From: Nannocystis bainbridge
Lineage (GTDB): Bacteria > Myxococcota_A > Polyangia > Nannocystales > Nannocystaceae
Direction of reading: 5' to 3'
NCBI RefSeq assembly: GCF_028368995.1
Contig: NZ_JAQNDL010000001.1
Span: forward strand, 1,696,001-1,760,000
Length of the DNA: 64,000 nt
Every line of letters begins with the position of its first letter. Positions within the stretch are counted from its first letter, which is position 1. Made by a program: the position numbers and the translations under genes. A model generated the notes under the pieces. It was given only the letters and a program-made list of their open reading frames with translations, searched no databases and was not told the DNA's origin. Positions 36,672 through 46,122 of the stretch are shown piece by piece.

Positions 36672-38516
36672 TCACCGCCTGCGAGCACGCCGGCGCGGCA
36701 GCGCCGCCAGCACGACCAGCGTCCACAGACCCACCGGCCCGCCGGCGCTCGCGCAGCCGCAGCCGCCGTCGCCGGTCGCCGGCGCGCCGCTATCGCTCGC
36801 GCTCTCGCCCGTGCTCGGACCCGTCGTCGAGCTGCTGCCCTCGCCCGAGCTCGTGCCCGTCGTGGGCGCCTCGCCGGATTCGCTGCCTTCGCCGGTCGTA
36901 GGCGCGCACGCTGGGTCGCCCTCGCCGTCGCAGTCGTTGTCGACGCAATCCTCGGGCAGCTCGACCGCGCCCGGCCAGCGCGCCGGGTCGGCGTCGTCGC
37001 AGTCGCCCGCGCACAGGCGCACCCCGTCCCCGTCCCCGTCGGCCTCGTCCGCGGGCACTTCGCCGTCGCAGTCGTTGTCGCGCCCGTCGCACACCTCGGC
37101 CGCGCCGGGGTGACTGTTCGGATCGGCGTCGTCGCAGTCGTCGCCGCCGCAGTCGACCGCGAAGTGCTTGTCACCGTCGACGTCGACGCAGCTGCAGTAC
37201 AGCCCCGCCGCCGCCGGCCCGTCGACGAAGCCCCAGCCGAGGTCGTTGTCGGGCGCGTCGGGCTGGCTCGCGGTCGATCGCAGCAGCGCCCGCATGCCGG
37301 CCGGATCGAGCTCCGGATAGGCCTCGAGCAGCAGCGCGGCCACGCCGGCGACCAGCGGCGTCGAAAGGCTGGTGCCCTGCGACGCCTCGTAGGCGACCAG
37401 GCTGTCCGACCTGGCCATCCACACGTCCTGGCCCGGCGCCACCAGGTCGGGCTTGATCCGGTCGTCGGCCGTCGGCCCGCGCGACGAGAACGAGGTGACC
37501 ACGCCGTCGAAGTCGGACGCGCCGACGGCGATCACGCCGTCGACATCCGCCGGCGCGTTGAGGGTCTTCGGCCCCGGCCCCTGATTGCCGATCGCCGCGA
37601 ACATGATGAGCCCGTTGGCGACCGCCACCTTCGCGGCCTGCGACACCACCGCGGTCTCGCCGTCGAGCTGCTGCGGCTCGTACCAGTCGGAGTAGCCGAG
37701 CGAGGCGGTGAAGATGTCGGCGCCCATGCCCTCGATCCACTCGAGGCCGGCCACGTAATAATCCTCCTCGTACGGATCCTCGACGTCGATGCGCTCGGTC
37801 TTGGCGAGCAGCAGCGAGACCCCGGGCGCCACGCCGGTGAACACCTCGCCGTCGGCGGCGACGATCAGCGACAGCACGCCGGTGCCGTGGTGCTGCTGCC
37901 CGGGCGTATCGCCCGCCTCGTCGGCCACGACGTCGTCGCCCTGGACGAAATCGCGGGCCGCGAGCACCTGCACGCCCGCGAACGCCTGGTGCGCCAGCGT
38001 GAAGCCGGTGTCCTGCACGCCGACCACCACCCCGGCGCCGGTCAGCCCGCACGCGTGCAGCTCGGGCACGTGCAGCGCCGAAAGGTGCGGCCAAGACAGC
38101 CCTTTGGCTGGAACGGGCGTCGACTCGTCGGTCACGGGCAGCGGGTGCTGGTGCCGCCGCGAGCGCGCCACCGGCCGCACGCCGGCGACGAACGGCAGGC
38201 GGGCGATCGCGGCCCGCTGGGCGGCGTCGGCGTCGACGCTCACAGCATTGAGCCAGCGCGAGGTGGCACGAATGCGGGCGCCGGTGGCCGTCACCGATTG
38301 CACATAGTCCGCGGCCGGCGGGACGTCGCGGACATCGAGGCCCCGATCGCCGCGGACCCGCGCCCGCCGCTGCAACGCTCGCGGCGCCAGCTCCCGCGCC
38401 TGCCGCTCCAGCGCGAGCTCGAGGCCCGCCCCCGCGACCTGCTTGTCGCTGAAGAACACCCACGTCGGCGGCTCCACCAGGACCGTGGTGATGGCTAGCG
38501 CGGCGATCTGCAGCAT
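36672..38516 (-). CDS. S8 subtilisin-like serine protease with Cys/Asp metal-binding repeats and a MYXO-CTERM-type anchor
   Basis: QDTG, HGT and GTSLSTP catalytic triad, DCDDxD..HPGA.EVCDG.DNDCDG repeats, C-terminal GCGC-hydrophobic-RRR, and GAGGAGG RBS. Confidence 0.9.
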   Translation of the reverse strand: MLQIAALAITTVLVEPPTWVFFSDKQVAGAGLELALERQARELAPRALQRRARVRGDRGLDVRDVPPAADYVQSVTATGARIRATSRWLNAVSVDADAAQRAAIARLPFVAGVRPVARSRRHQHPLPVTDESTPVPAKGLSWPHLSALHVPELHACGLTGAGVVVGVQDTGFTLAHQAFAGVQVLAARDFVQGDDVVADEAGDTPGQQHHGTGVLSLIVAADGEVFTGVAPGVSLLLAKTERIDVEDPYEEDYYVAGLEWIEGMGADIFTASLGYSDWYEPQQLDGETAVVSQAAKVAVANGLIMFAAIGNQGPGPKTLNAPADVDGVIAVGASDFDGVVTSFSSRGPTADDRIKPDLVAPGQDVWMARSDSLVAYEASQGTSLSTPLVAGVAALLLEAYPELDPAGMRALLRSTASQPDAPDNDLGWGFVDGPAAAGLYCSCVDVDGDKHFAVDCGGDDCDDADPNSHPGAAEVCDGRDNDCDGEVPADEADGDGDGVRLCAGDCDDADPARWPGAVELPEDCVDNDCDGEGDPACAPTTGEGSESGEAPTTGTSSGEGSSSTTGPSTGESASDSGAPATGDGGCGCASAGGPVGLWTLVVLAALPRRRARRR

Positions 38517-38705
38517 CTCGGCGTCCCCTCCTCGGCATTGTCGCCGTGAACCTCCGCGAGCGCGGCCCGTCGCCTGCGCCGGCGGGTGAGGCAGGTCTCT
38601 GCAGCGCCGCGACGGAATCATCGCCGACCGGCGCCCGAGGATGCCGGACCGGGGAGCACCTGACTTCCCCGACCGCGCTCACCCGGGGCCCGACCGAAGA
38701 CGCAC

Positions 38706-38796
38706 CCACATGCTCGCAAGGACATGTGGATTCACCGACCGCGCGTACCCGGTGCCCGACCGGCGTCGCAAGGACATGTTCTAAAGGACATGTCTC
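38706..38796. repeat. RRACATGTYY arrays (two pairs)
   Basis: Cores at 38709, 38723 and 38775, 38789. Confidence 0.8.
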
Positions 38797-38927
38797 ATCC
38801 GTGCCCGGATCCCCGCGCGCCGCGGCCTACCCACGCCCACCTGCGCCGGTTACCTCGTCGTCCCGCGACCCCCCGCGCCCCATGCCCCTGCGCCGACCCT
38901 GGTCCGCCGATTCGCGCGATTCGTTCG

Positions 38928-38979
38928 CATCATGACTTTTTGGACATGTCTAATACAACATGTCCATAAGAACACGTCG
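38928..38979. repeat. 14-bp-phased RRACATGTYY array (4 units)
   Basis: Cores at 38931, 38945, 38959 and 38973, ending next to the GlxA-family stop codon. Confidence 0.88.
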
Positions 38980-38985
38980 CATCCC

Positions 38986-39933
38986 TCAGCCCCGCCCCGC
39001 GACCCCGAAGCGGCGGCGATATGCCCCCGGCGACAGCCCGAGAATTCTATTAAAAATCTTGCGGAACGCCCCCGGATCGCCGTAGCCGACCTTCCACGCC
39101 ACCTCCGCGATCGACAGGTCCGACCGCTCCAGCAGGTCGCGCGCCTTGCCGACGCGCAGGTGCTGTAAATACTGCGCCGGCCGCAGCCCCGTCGCCTTGA
39201 CGAACCGGCGCAGGAACGTCCGCTCGCCGAGGCCCGCGCAGGCCGCCATCGCCGGCAGCGCGATCGGCCCGCCGCTCTTCGCTTGCAGCAGGCGCTGGAC
39301 CTTGCGGATCGCCGCGTCGCCGTGGCCCAGCGCGGGCGCGAACACGCTGTAGAAGCGCTGCTCGCGGCCGCCCGGATCGACCAGGAAATAGCGCGCGATC
39401 GCCAGCATGATCGCCGGACCGAACAGGCGCTCGATCAGCTTGAGCCCGAGGTCGGTCCACGCCATCAGCCCGCCGGCCGTGATCACGTCGCCGTCGTCGA
39501 CCAGCAGGCGGTCGGTCGCCAGCGCGACCTCGGGGAAGCGGGCCGCGAACGCGCCGGCCAGCGCCCAGTGGGTCGTCGCCACCCGATCTGCCAGCAGGCC
39601 CGCCTCCGCCAGCAAGAACGTGCCCGCGCACACCGAGCACACCAGCGTGCCCTCGCCGTGACGCGCGGCGAGCCAGGCCGCCAGCGGGCCCGTGCCCTCG
39701 CGCGGGCTGCCCGCGAGGCTCGGCGGCACGATCACCGCCGCCAGCGGCCCGGTCGGCGGTCGCCCCTCCTCCGGCCGCCACGCCACCACCTCGAGCGGCG
39801 CGCGAGCGTCCGCGCCCTCGGCGGCCAGCCGGCTGGCGACCGTGAACATGTCGGTGAGCCCGTACACCGCCGACAGCTGCGCGCCCGGGTAGACGAGGAT
39901 GACGACGCGCCGCGGTCTCTGGCGAGCTGGCAT
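38986..39933 (-). CDS. GlxA-family AraC regulator with a DJ-1/PfpI domain
   Basis: SVCAGTFLLAEAGLL..RVATTHW and a C-terminal AraC HTH (VAWKVGY.DPGAFRKIF). Confidence 0.92.
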   Translation of the reverse strand: MPARQRPRRVVILVYPGAQLSAVYGLTDMFTVASRLAAEGADARAPLEVVAWRPEEGRPPTGPLAAVIVPPSLAGSPREGTGPLAAWLAARHGEGTLVCSVCAGTFLLAEAGLLADRVATTHWALAGAFAARFPEVALATDRLLVDDGDVITAGGLMAWTDLGLKLIERLFGPAIMLAIARYFLVDPGGREQRFYSVFAPALGHGDAAIRKVQRLLQAKSGGPIALPAMAACAGLGERTFLRRFVKATGLRPAQYLQHLRVGKARDLLERSDLSIAEVAWKVGYGDPGAFRKIFNRILGLSPGAYRRRFGVAGRG

Positions 39934-40005
39934 GTGTCAATTTTGCCACGAAGAAAGTCACTCCTGCCGCTCGTGGCGGGGTGACGCGCGGCCTATTTTT
40001 CCGCC

Positions 40006-40566
40006 ATGCCTCGTCGCGCCCTGATCGTCATCGACCTGCAGAACGACTACTTCTCCGGCGGCAATTGGACCCTCGTCGGCATCGACGCCGCCGCCGCCAA
40101 CGCGGCCCGCCTGCTCGCCGCGGCCCGCTCCGCCGGCGACCTCGTGGTCCACGTCCGCCACGAGAACCCGGCCCCCGACGCCCCCTTCTTCGTGCCCGGC
40201 ACCGCGGGCGCCGACATCCACGCCTCCGTCCTGCCGACCGCGGGCGAGGCCGTCGTGCTCAAGCACCAGATCAACTCGTTCCGCGACACCGACCTGCAGG
40301 CGATCCTCGATCGCCACGGCGTCCGCGAGCTCGTGATCGCCGGCGCGATGAGCCACATGTGCATCGACGCCGCCACCCGCGCGTCCGCCGATCTGGGCTA
40401 TGCGGTGACCCTGATCCACGACGCCTGCGCCTCGCGCGACCTCGAGTTCGGCGATGTCCGCGTGCCCGCGGCCCACGTGCACGCCGCCTTCATGTCGGCC
40501 CTCGGCTTCGCCTACGCGACCCTCGTCGCCACCGACGATTATCTCGCACGGACGCGCGCGACCTGA
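40006..40566 (+). CDS. Isochorismatase-like cysteine hydrolase
   Basis: ALIVIDLQNDYF, K..INSF and GAMSHMCIDAATR motifs. Divergent from the GlxA regulator, a common pairing. Confidence 0.93.
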   Translation: MPRRALIVIDLQNDYFSGGNWTLVGIDAAAANAARLLAAARSAGDLVVHVRHENPAPDAPFFVPGTAGADIHASVLPTAGEAVVLKHQINSFRDTDLQAILDRHGVRELVIAGAMSHMCIDAATRASADLGYAVTLIHDACASRDLEFGDVRVPAAHVHAAFMSALGFAYATLVATDDYLARTRAT

Positions 40567-40629
40567 GGACGAAGCGCCGGCGCTCGCTCGCCGGCACCGA
40601 CAAGACCTCGCCGCGCCATCGCTAGCCCG

Positions 40630-41481
40630 TCAACGCCGGCGCGGCTTCTTCTTCTCGATGATCGTCGTCATGCGCCCCGTCGCGCCGTCGATGCGGGTCC
40701 GGCCCGGCAGGGTCGCACGCACGTGCCGTCCCTCCCAACCGCCCTCGACGGCGACAAGCTCGAGCTCGCCGCGCGGTGGTTCGCTGCAGCTCGCGAGATC
40801 GAGCAAGCGCTGCTCGGCGCCCTCGTGGTCGACCGGTCCCGCGTCCGCGTGGCGACCGAGCCGCTCGAGGTACGTCGCAAGCTCGGGGGCACCGACCGCG
40901 CGGGCCTGCGGCGCCCAGGTGGCCGCGCGGCGCAGCGTCTCCTCGATCTGCACGCCGCGATAGACCGCATTACACGCGGCGTCGCGCGCGTGGTGGCCGA
41001 CGATCCTGAACATGTAAAGGCGCTTGGGCACCCGCGGCTCGGCGGCGACCGCCAGCAGCGTCGGCACCAGCGCGTCGAGCATCAGCAGCAGGTCCTCGTC
41101 CTGGCTCATCAGGCTCCACCGCGGCTGCCACGCCCAGCGCTTGACCAGCCCCGGGCTGACGCGCCCGAGGTTCTCCTCGGTGTGATGGAGCGGGACCAGC
41201 CCGGCCGCCGCGAACGCGTCCCACAGGCGCCGGATCGCGTCGTCGATCTCGCCGGCGACCTGCGGCGGCGCCCCGGTGAGCTCGGCCCACCGATTCGGCG
41301 ACAGCCGCCCGTGGCGATACAGCCGCAGCAGGCTGCGGGCGATCTGCGGCCCCTCATCGTCCGCCAGCCCGCGCAGCCGCTCGACCCAGGCCGCGATGCT
41401 GCCCTCGTCGCCGCGCCACGCCACGGGCCCCAGGATCTGGACGACCCGGGCGAACTCGGCGCGCTGGCGGGCACGGGCCAT
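40630..41481 (-). CDS. Hypothetical protein
   Basis: GC3-rich codons, protein-like composition (WAWQPRWSLMSQDEDLLL) and TACCGT 6 nt upstream of the ATG. Confidence 0.65.
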   Translation of the reverse strand: MARARQRAEFARVVQILGPVAWRGDEGSIAAWVERLRGLADDEGPQIARSLLRLYRHGRLSPNRWAELTGAPPQVAGEIDDAIRRLWDAFAAAGLVPLHHTEENLGRVSPGLVKRWAWQPRWSLMSQDEDLLLMLDALVPTLLAVAAEPRVPKRLYMFRIVGHHARDAACNAVYRGVQIEETLRRAATWAPQARAVGAPELATYLERLGRHADAGPVDHEGAEQRLLDLASCSEPPRGELELVAVEGGWEGRHVRATLPGRTRIDGATGRMTTIIEKKKPRRR

Positions 41482-41545
41482 CGCTCGACGGTACGACGGA
41501 GCGGGCGATCCGTCACCCATCCGGCCGCCGCTACCCCCATGCACC

Positions 41546-41998
41546 GTGCCCGTCCTCGCGCTCGACCTCGCCGTCTCGCCCGCCGTCGCAGTGGCCCACG
41601 CGGCCGAGCAATTCTCTGACCAGCCCGGCGCCGCCTGCCGGTTCCGCGCCCACGCCGAGCCGTGCTGCTTCTACCTCGACGCGCGCAAGCCCGGCGGCTC
41701 GACCAGCGCCTGGTTCGTGCTGCTGCGGCGCGACCGCGACGGCGCTCGCCTCGAGCTGGTGCCCACCGCCAGCGGCGCGCGGCTGCTGCAGCTGTTCGCG
41801 GGCGTGCTCGCCCTCGTCGGCGCGTGGCAGCGCGTCGACTGGTTCGCGCTGCTGGCGATCGTCCCGGTGCTGTTCCTCGCGCTGGCGTGCGAAGCCTATG
41901 TCCGCCGCGCCGAACAGGCCGAGGTCGTCGCCGCCCTCGTCACCGCGTTCGAGCCGCTGCGCCGCAGGGGCCTGCCTTACCGCGAGCCGGCTGGATGA
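41546..41998 (+). CDS. Small membrane protein (2 TM) ending in LPYR
   Basis: GTG 41546 inferred as start; two hydrophobic helices. Confidence 0.55.
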   Translation: MPVLALDLAVSPAVAVAHAAEQFSDQPGAACRFRAHAEPCCFYLDARKPGGSTSAWFVLLRRDRDGARLELVPTASGARLLQLFAGVLALVGAWQRVDWFALLAIVPVLFLALACEAYVRRAEQAEVVAALVTAFEPLRRRGLPYREPAG

Positions 41999-42397
41999 CT
42001 TCGCGAATGCGTGCAGTCGCCCACGCGAACCCGCCTGCGCGCGATCGCTTATGCGGAGGACATCGATGTCCCACTGGCCGATTGACCGGCGACACCACGT
42101 CACGCTGCTTCGCCCCGGTGCTCGGGCCCGACCAACCCGCAGGCCCTGGTCGACGCGATCGAAGCGTCCGACGACTGCGACTTTTTAAAAAGGGCCGCGC
42201 GCCGAATGGGTCATGCGCCCGGACTTCGTTTCACCTGTGGCCGCAGAGCCCCGGCCGGGGTTTGCCGATTCGGCGCGGAATCGCCAACCAAGAAATTCGC
42301 GGCACCTCGAACAATTCGTGAGCCGGTTCGCCGGCCCTTCTCGCCTTCCCCTGTGAGCGCGGCGATCGCCGCCGCGAACAACGGAAAGCGAGACACG

Positions 42398-42976
42398 ATG
42401 CGACGCATGATCTTGGGTTCGGTATTGATGATGACGTGGGCCAATTTCGGGTGTGACGTCGAGCCGCCGGAGGGCGAGGCGCTGCAGGTCGAAGGGGCCG
42501 CCGACGAGCTCGCGGCCGCCGAGGGCGACGATCCGGTCCAGGGCCAGCCCCTGCCCGGCCCCGTCGATTTGACCACCCCGGTGCAGGCCACGGGCGCCAA
42601 CTACTTCGTCCCTGTCGGCACCCACGAGACCTTCAACTGCAGCAAGATCGCCGGCTGGGTCAAGGACGGCGACACCACCGCCCCGACCTGGGTGACCATC
42701 CATCGCGACGCGCCCTATCCCTATGGCGAGCCGATCGCCACCGTCACCGCCGACCTCTATCGCAGCGACCTGCCGTTCGGCGACAAGAACCACGGCTTTT
42801 CCATCAACACCCCGGCCTCGCTCAAGACCGGTTATACTGAGACGATCTATATCCACGGGATCAACGTCGACGCCAACGGCGACTGGGACGTGACCGCCAA
42901 CAGCCCCCTGCTCAGCCAGACCGGCAAGAGCATCTGCTGCGGCGTCGGTTGCCTGAAGCCGGACGTGCAGAACTAG
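42398..42976 (+). CDS. Lipoprotein with a GW...ADxxRxD...HGF Ig-like module
   Basis: Lipobox NFGC, motif IAGWVKD...TADLYRSDL...NHGFSINTP and GC3-rich codons. Confidence 0.78.
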   Translation: MRRMILGSVLMMTWANFGCDVEPPEGEALQVEGAADELAAAEGDDPVQGQPLPGPVDLTTPVQATGANYFVPVGTHETFNCSKIAGWVKDGDTTAPTWVTIHRDAPYPYGEPIATVTADLYRSDLPFGDKNHGFSINTPASLKTGYTETIYIHGINVDANGDWDVTANSPLLSQTGKSICCGVGCLKPDVQN

Positions 42977-42982
42977 CCCCCG

Positions 42983-43018
42983 GCGGGCGATCCGTCGCAG
43001 CGGCGACGGGTCGCCCGC
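42983..43018 (+). terminator. Strong stem-loop downstream of the lipoprotein gene
   Basis: GCGGGCGATCCGTCGC-agcg-GCGACGGGTCGCCCGC, a 16-bp stem with one G-U pair and no U-tract. Confidence 0.55.
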
Positions 43019-43082
43019 GCTGTGGCCACCGCGTGATTCCCCTCTGGGGCCCTCGTACGTTTTCCCCCATGCTCATGCTGCG

Positions 43083-43652
43083 ATGCCGGACCGCGAGCCT
43101 GCGATGGACATGACGGTTTTGCTAAGGGCGTGGAGCTCGGGCGAGGAGCGGGCCCGCGAGGCCCTCATCGCCATGGTCTACGGTCAGCTGCGGAGCATCG
43201 CTCGCCGGCAGCTGCGGCGCGAGCGACACAATCACACCTTGCAGCCCACCGCCGTCGTCCACGAGGCCTACGCGCGGCTGATGGCCCACGACCCGATCGC
43301 CTGGCAGGACCGGCGCCATTTCTTCGCCGTCATCACCCGGGCCATGCGCCACGTGTTGGTCGACCACGCGCGGGCGCGCCTGGCCGGCAAGCGCGACGGC
43401 GGCGTGATCGAGGGCTGGGACGACGTCGCCACCGAGGTCGGCCTCGTGCGCGCGCCCGAGCTGCTGGCGATCGACGAAGCGCTGACCCAGCTCGCCGCCA
43501 TCGACCCGCACAAGGCCCAACTGGTCCAGCTGCGGTTCTTCGGCGGCCTCTCGCTCGAGGAGACCGCCGAGCTGCTCGGCTGCTCGCGCGCCACCGTGGT
43601 CCGCGACTGGCGGATGGCGCGGGCCTGGCTGTTCCGCGAGCTCGGACGGTGA
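43083..43652 (+). CDS. ECF sigma factor of the kinase-associated type (TIGR02999 / ECF43-like)
   Basis: HTLQPTAVVHEAY, WQDRRHFF and LRFFGGLS.EE.A..LG.S..TV.RDW..ARAWL motifs. A kinase gene starts 3 bp downstream. Confidence 0.92.
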   Translation: MPDREPAMDMTVLLRAWSSGEERAREALIAMVYGQLRSIARRQLRRERHNHTLQPTAVVHEAYARLMAHDPIAWQDRRHFFAVITRAMRHVLVDHARARLAGKRDGGVIEGWDDVATEVGLVRAPELLAIDEALTQLAAIDPHKAQLVQLRFFGGLSLEETAELLGCSRATVVRDWRMARAWLFRELGR

Positions 43653-43655
43653 GCC

Positions 43656-45884
43656 ATGAACGATCGCTGGCAGCAGCTCGAAGCGCTCGTGCAGGCCGCC
43701 CTCGATTGCTCCGTCGAGCGCCGCGGCGCCGTCGTGGCCGGCCTCACCGACGACCTCGACTTGCGCGCCGAGGCGCTCGAGCTGGCCGACGCCCACGACC
43801 GCGCCGGTGATTTCCTCGAGCCGTCGTCCGAGCCGCCGGACCCGACCGCCATCGGCCCCTACCGCGTGATCCGCCGCCTCGGCAGCGGCGGCATGGGCGA
43901 CGTCTATCTGGCCCGCCGCGACGACCAGGAGTTCGCGCGCGACGTCGCCGTCAAGCTGCTCGCGCCGGGGCTCTACGGCCGCGATTTCGTGCGCCGCTTC
44001 CGCGCCGAGCGCCAGATCCTCGCCCGCCTCGATCACCCCAACATCGCCCGCCTCCACGACGGCGGCGCCCACTTCGACGGCCGGCCCTACCTGGTGATGG
44101 AGCTCGTCGAGGGCGTGCCGCTCGACCGCTTCTGCGAGCAGCGGCGCCTCGGGCTGAGCGAGCGTCTGGGGCTCGTGCTCGCGGTGTGCGACGCCGTCGA
44201 CTACGCCCATCATCGCCTCGTCCTCCACCTCGATCTCAAGCCCGAGAACATCCTCGTCATGGCTGACGGCGCCCCCAAGCTGCTCGATTTCGGGGTCGCC
44301 AAGCTGATCGATCCAGCCAGCGCCGCCACCCTGCACACCACCCGTACCGGCCCGCGCCCGCACACCCCCCATTACGCCAGCCCCGAGCAGCGCGCCGGCG
44401 GCTCGCTCACCACCGCCAGCGACGTCTACTCGCTCGGCGTCGTGCTCTACCGGCTGCTCAGCGGTCGGCTGCCGCACCCCGAGGTCGGCGCGGGCGACAG
44501 CGCCTCCTCGCCCCTGCCGCGCCGGCCGAGCGCCCCCGATCCGCACGGAGCGATCCACGACACCGGCGAGCCCGAGCTCACGGCGCGGCTGCGTCGGCAG
44601 CTCGCGGGCGACCTCGACGCGATCGTGCTCAAGGCCCTGCGCCACGAGCCCGCGCTGCGCTACGACACCGTCGACAAGCTGGCCGAGGACCTCCGCCGCC
44701 ATCGCCGGGGCCTGCCCGTGCTGGCGCGCCAGGGCACCTTCCGCTACCGCGCCGGCAAGCTCGTGCGCCGGCACGCGCGCGCGCTGATCGTGGCCGCGCT
44801 GGGCCTCGCGCTGCTGGTCGGCTTCTCCGTCGCCATGACGATCCAGGCCGCACGGCTCGCGGAGGAGCGGCGCACCGCCGAGACCATCGGCGCCTTCCTC
44901 GTCGACCTCGTCACCCACGCGCCCAGCGACGACACCCTCGCGCGCGAGCTCACCGTCGGCCAGATCCTCGACTATGGCCGCAGCCTGCTCGCGCAGCCGC
45001 ACGTGTACGCGAGCCCCGAGATCGACACCGAGCTGCGCATCGTGCTGGCGCGGCTGCTCCGCAGCGCCGAGCAGCACGACGAGGCCGAGGCGCTGCTGCA
45101 GCGGGCGCTCGCCGATCGCCTGGCGCAGCGCGGCGAGGGTCATGGCGACGTCGCCGAGGTCCGGCTCGAGCTCGGGCGGCTGAGCTTCGAGCGCGACCGC
45201 GAGGCCGAGGCCGAGCGCGAGCTGGTGCCCGCGCTCGCGGTCCTCGAGCGTGAGCGCGACCTGGCCGACCGCGACATCGTCACCGCGCGGCTCCTCATGA
45301 CCCAGGTGTCGCCCCTGCAGCGGAACATGAACGACCCCGCGCCGCTGCTGGACCGCGCGCTCGCGCCATTGGCCGCCCGTGCCGTCACCACGCGCGACCA
45401 CCTCGACCTTTTGACGCTCCGCAACTTCCGCGCTCTGCTGGTCCGGCGCGTCGACCTCGAAGCCGCCATCCTCGAGCTCGAGGCGATCGTCGCCGAGTTC
45501 ACCGCGCGCGGCCTGCCGCCCTACCCCGGCCTCACCCAGTCGCTCATGGACCTCGGCACCTCGTACCGCTGGGCCGGTCGGCCGCGCGAGGCCATCGCCA
45601 CCTTCGAGCGCGCGCTGCGGATCCACGACGAGGGCCAGGACCTCCCGCCGTGGCACCGGCTGCCGTTCGAGATCGGCCTGGCCCGGGCCCACCGCGCCGC
45701 GGGCGATCGCGTCGCCAGCGAGCGCATCCTCCGGCGGGCGCTCGCGCTGTCGGTCGCCAGCCTCCACGAGAACCACGAGGAGACCCGCATCATCGCCAGC
45801 TACCTCGGCGACGAGCTGCGCGACGCGGGCCGCCTCGCCGAGCTCGCGGCCCACGAGCGCCGGTTCCCGCCGCGGGGGCATTGA
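43656..45884 (+). CDS. Ser/Thr protein kinase cognate to the ECF sigma factor
   Basis: GSGGMGDVY, RFRAERQILARLDHPNIARL, HLDLKPEN, DFG and TPHYASPE motifs, a TM segment and a TPR-like C-terminus. Confidence 0.92.
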   Translation: MNDRWQQLEALVQAALDCSVERRGAVVAGLTDDLDLRAEALELADAHDRAGDFLEPSSEPPDPTAIGPYRVIRRLGSGGMGDVYLARRDDQEFARDVAVKLLAPGLYGRDFVRRFRAERQILARLDHPNIARLHDGGAHFDGRPYLVMELVEGVPLDRFCEQRRLGLSERLGLVLAVCDAVDYAHHRLVLHLDLKPENILVMADGAPKLLDFGVAKLIDPASAATLHTTRTGPRPHTPHYASPEQRAGGSLTTASDVYSLGVVLYRLLSGRLPHPEVGAGDSASSPLPRRPSAPDPHGAIHDTGEPELTARLRRQLAGDLDAIVLKALRHEPALRYDTVDKLAEDLRRHRRGLPVLARQGTFRYRAGKLVRRHARALIVAALGLALLVGFSVAMTIQAARLAEERRTAETIGAFLVDLVTHAPSDDTLARELTVGQILDYGRSLLAQPHVYASPEIDTELRIVLARLLRSAEQHDEAEALLQRALADRLAQRGEGHGDVAEVRLELGRLSFERDREAEAERELVPALAVLERERDLADRDIVTARLLMTQVSPLQRNMNDPAPLLDRALAPLAARAVTTRDHLDLLTLRNFRALLVRRVDLEAAILELEAIVAEFTARGLPPYPGLTQSLMDLGTSYRWAGRPREAIATFERALRIHDEGQDLPPWHRLPFEIGLARAHRAAGDRVASERILRRALALSVASLHENHEETRIIASYLGDELRDAGRLAELAAHERRFPPRGH

Positions 45885-45924
45885 CTGCGACACCCACGAA
45901 TCGGGCCGCCGGCGGACGCCCCTT

Positions 45925-45962
45925 ATTTATGTCCCCCGGGACATGTCCGATCGGTCATCCAC
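45925..45962. repeat. Short RRACATGTYY array
   Basis: Cores at 45928 (TATG), 45942 (GGACATGTCC) and 45956. Confidence 0.7.
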
Positions 45963-46122
45963 GAAGCATGGCCCGCGGCTCCGCAAGCGCAGAGCAGGTC
46001 ACCCCCGAGCGCGCGGCCGCCGTGATGCGCGGCGCGGTCTCACGGGACGTCGCTCGCAATCGGCCATGGTCGCGCGATTCCGCGGCTTCGTCGCGCCCGT
46101 CGTTCTCGGGTATTTTGCCGCG

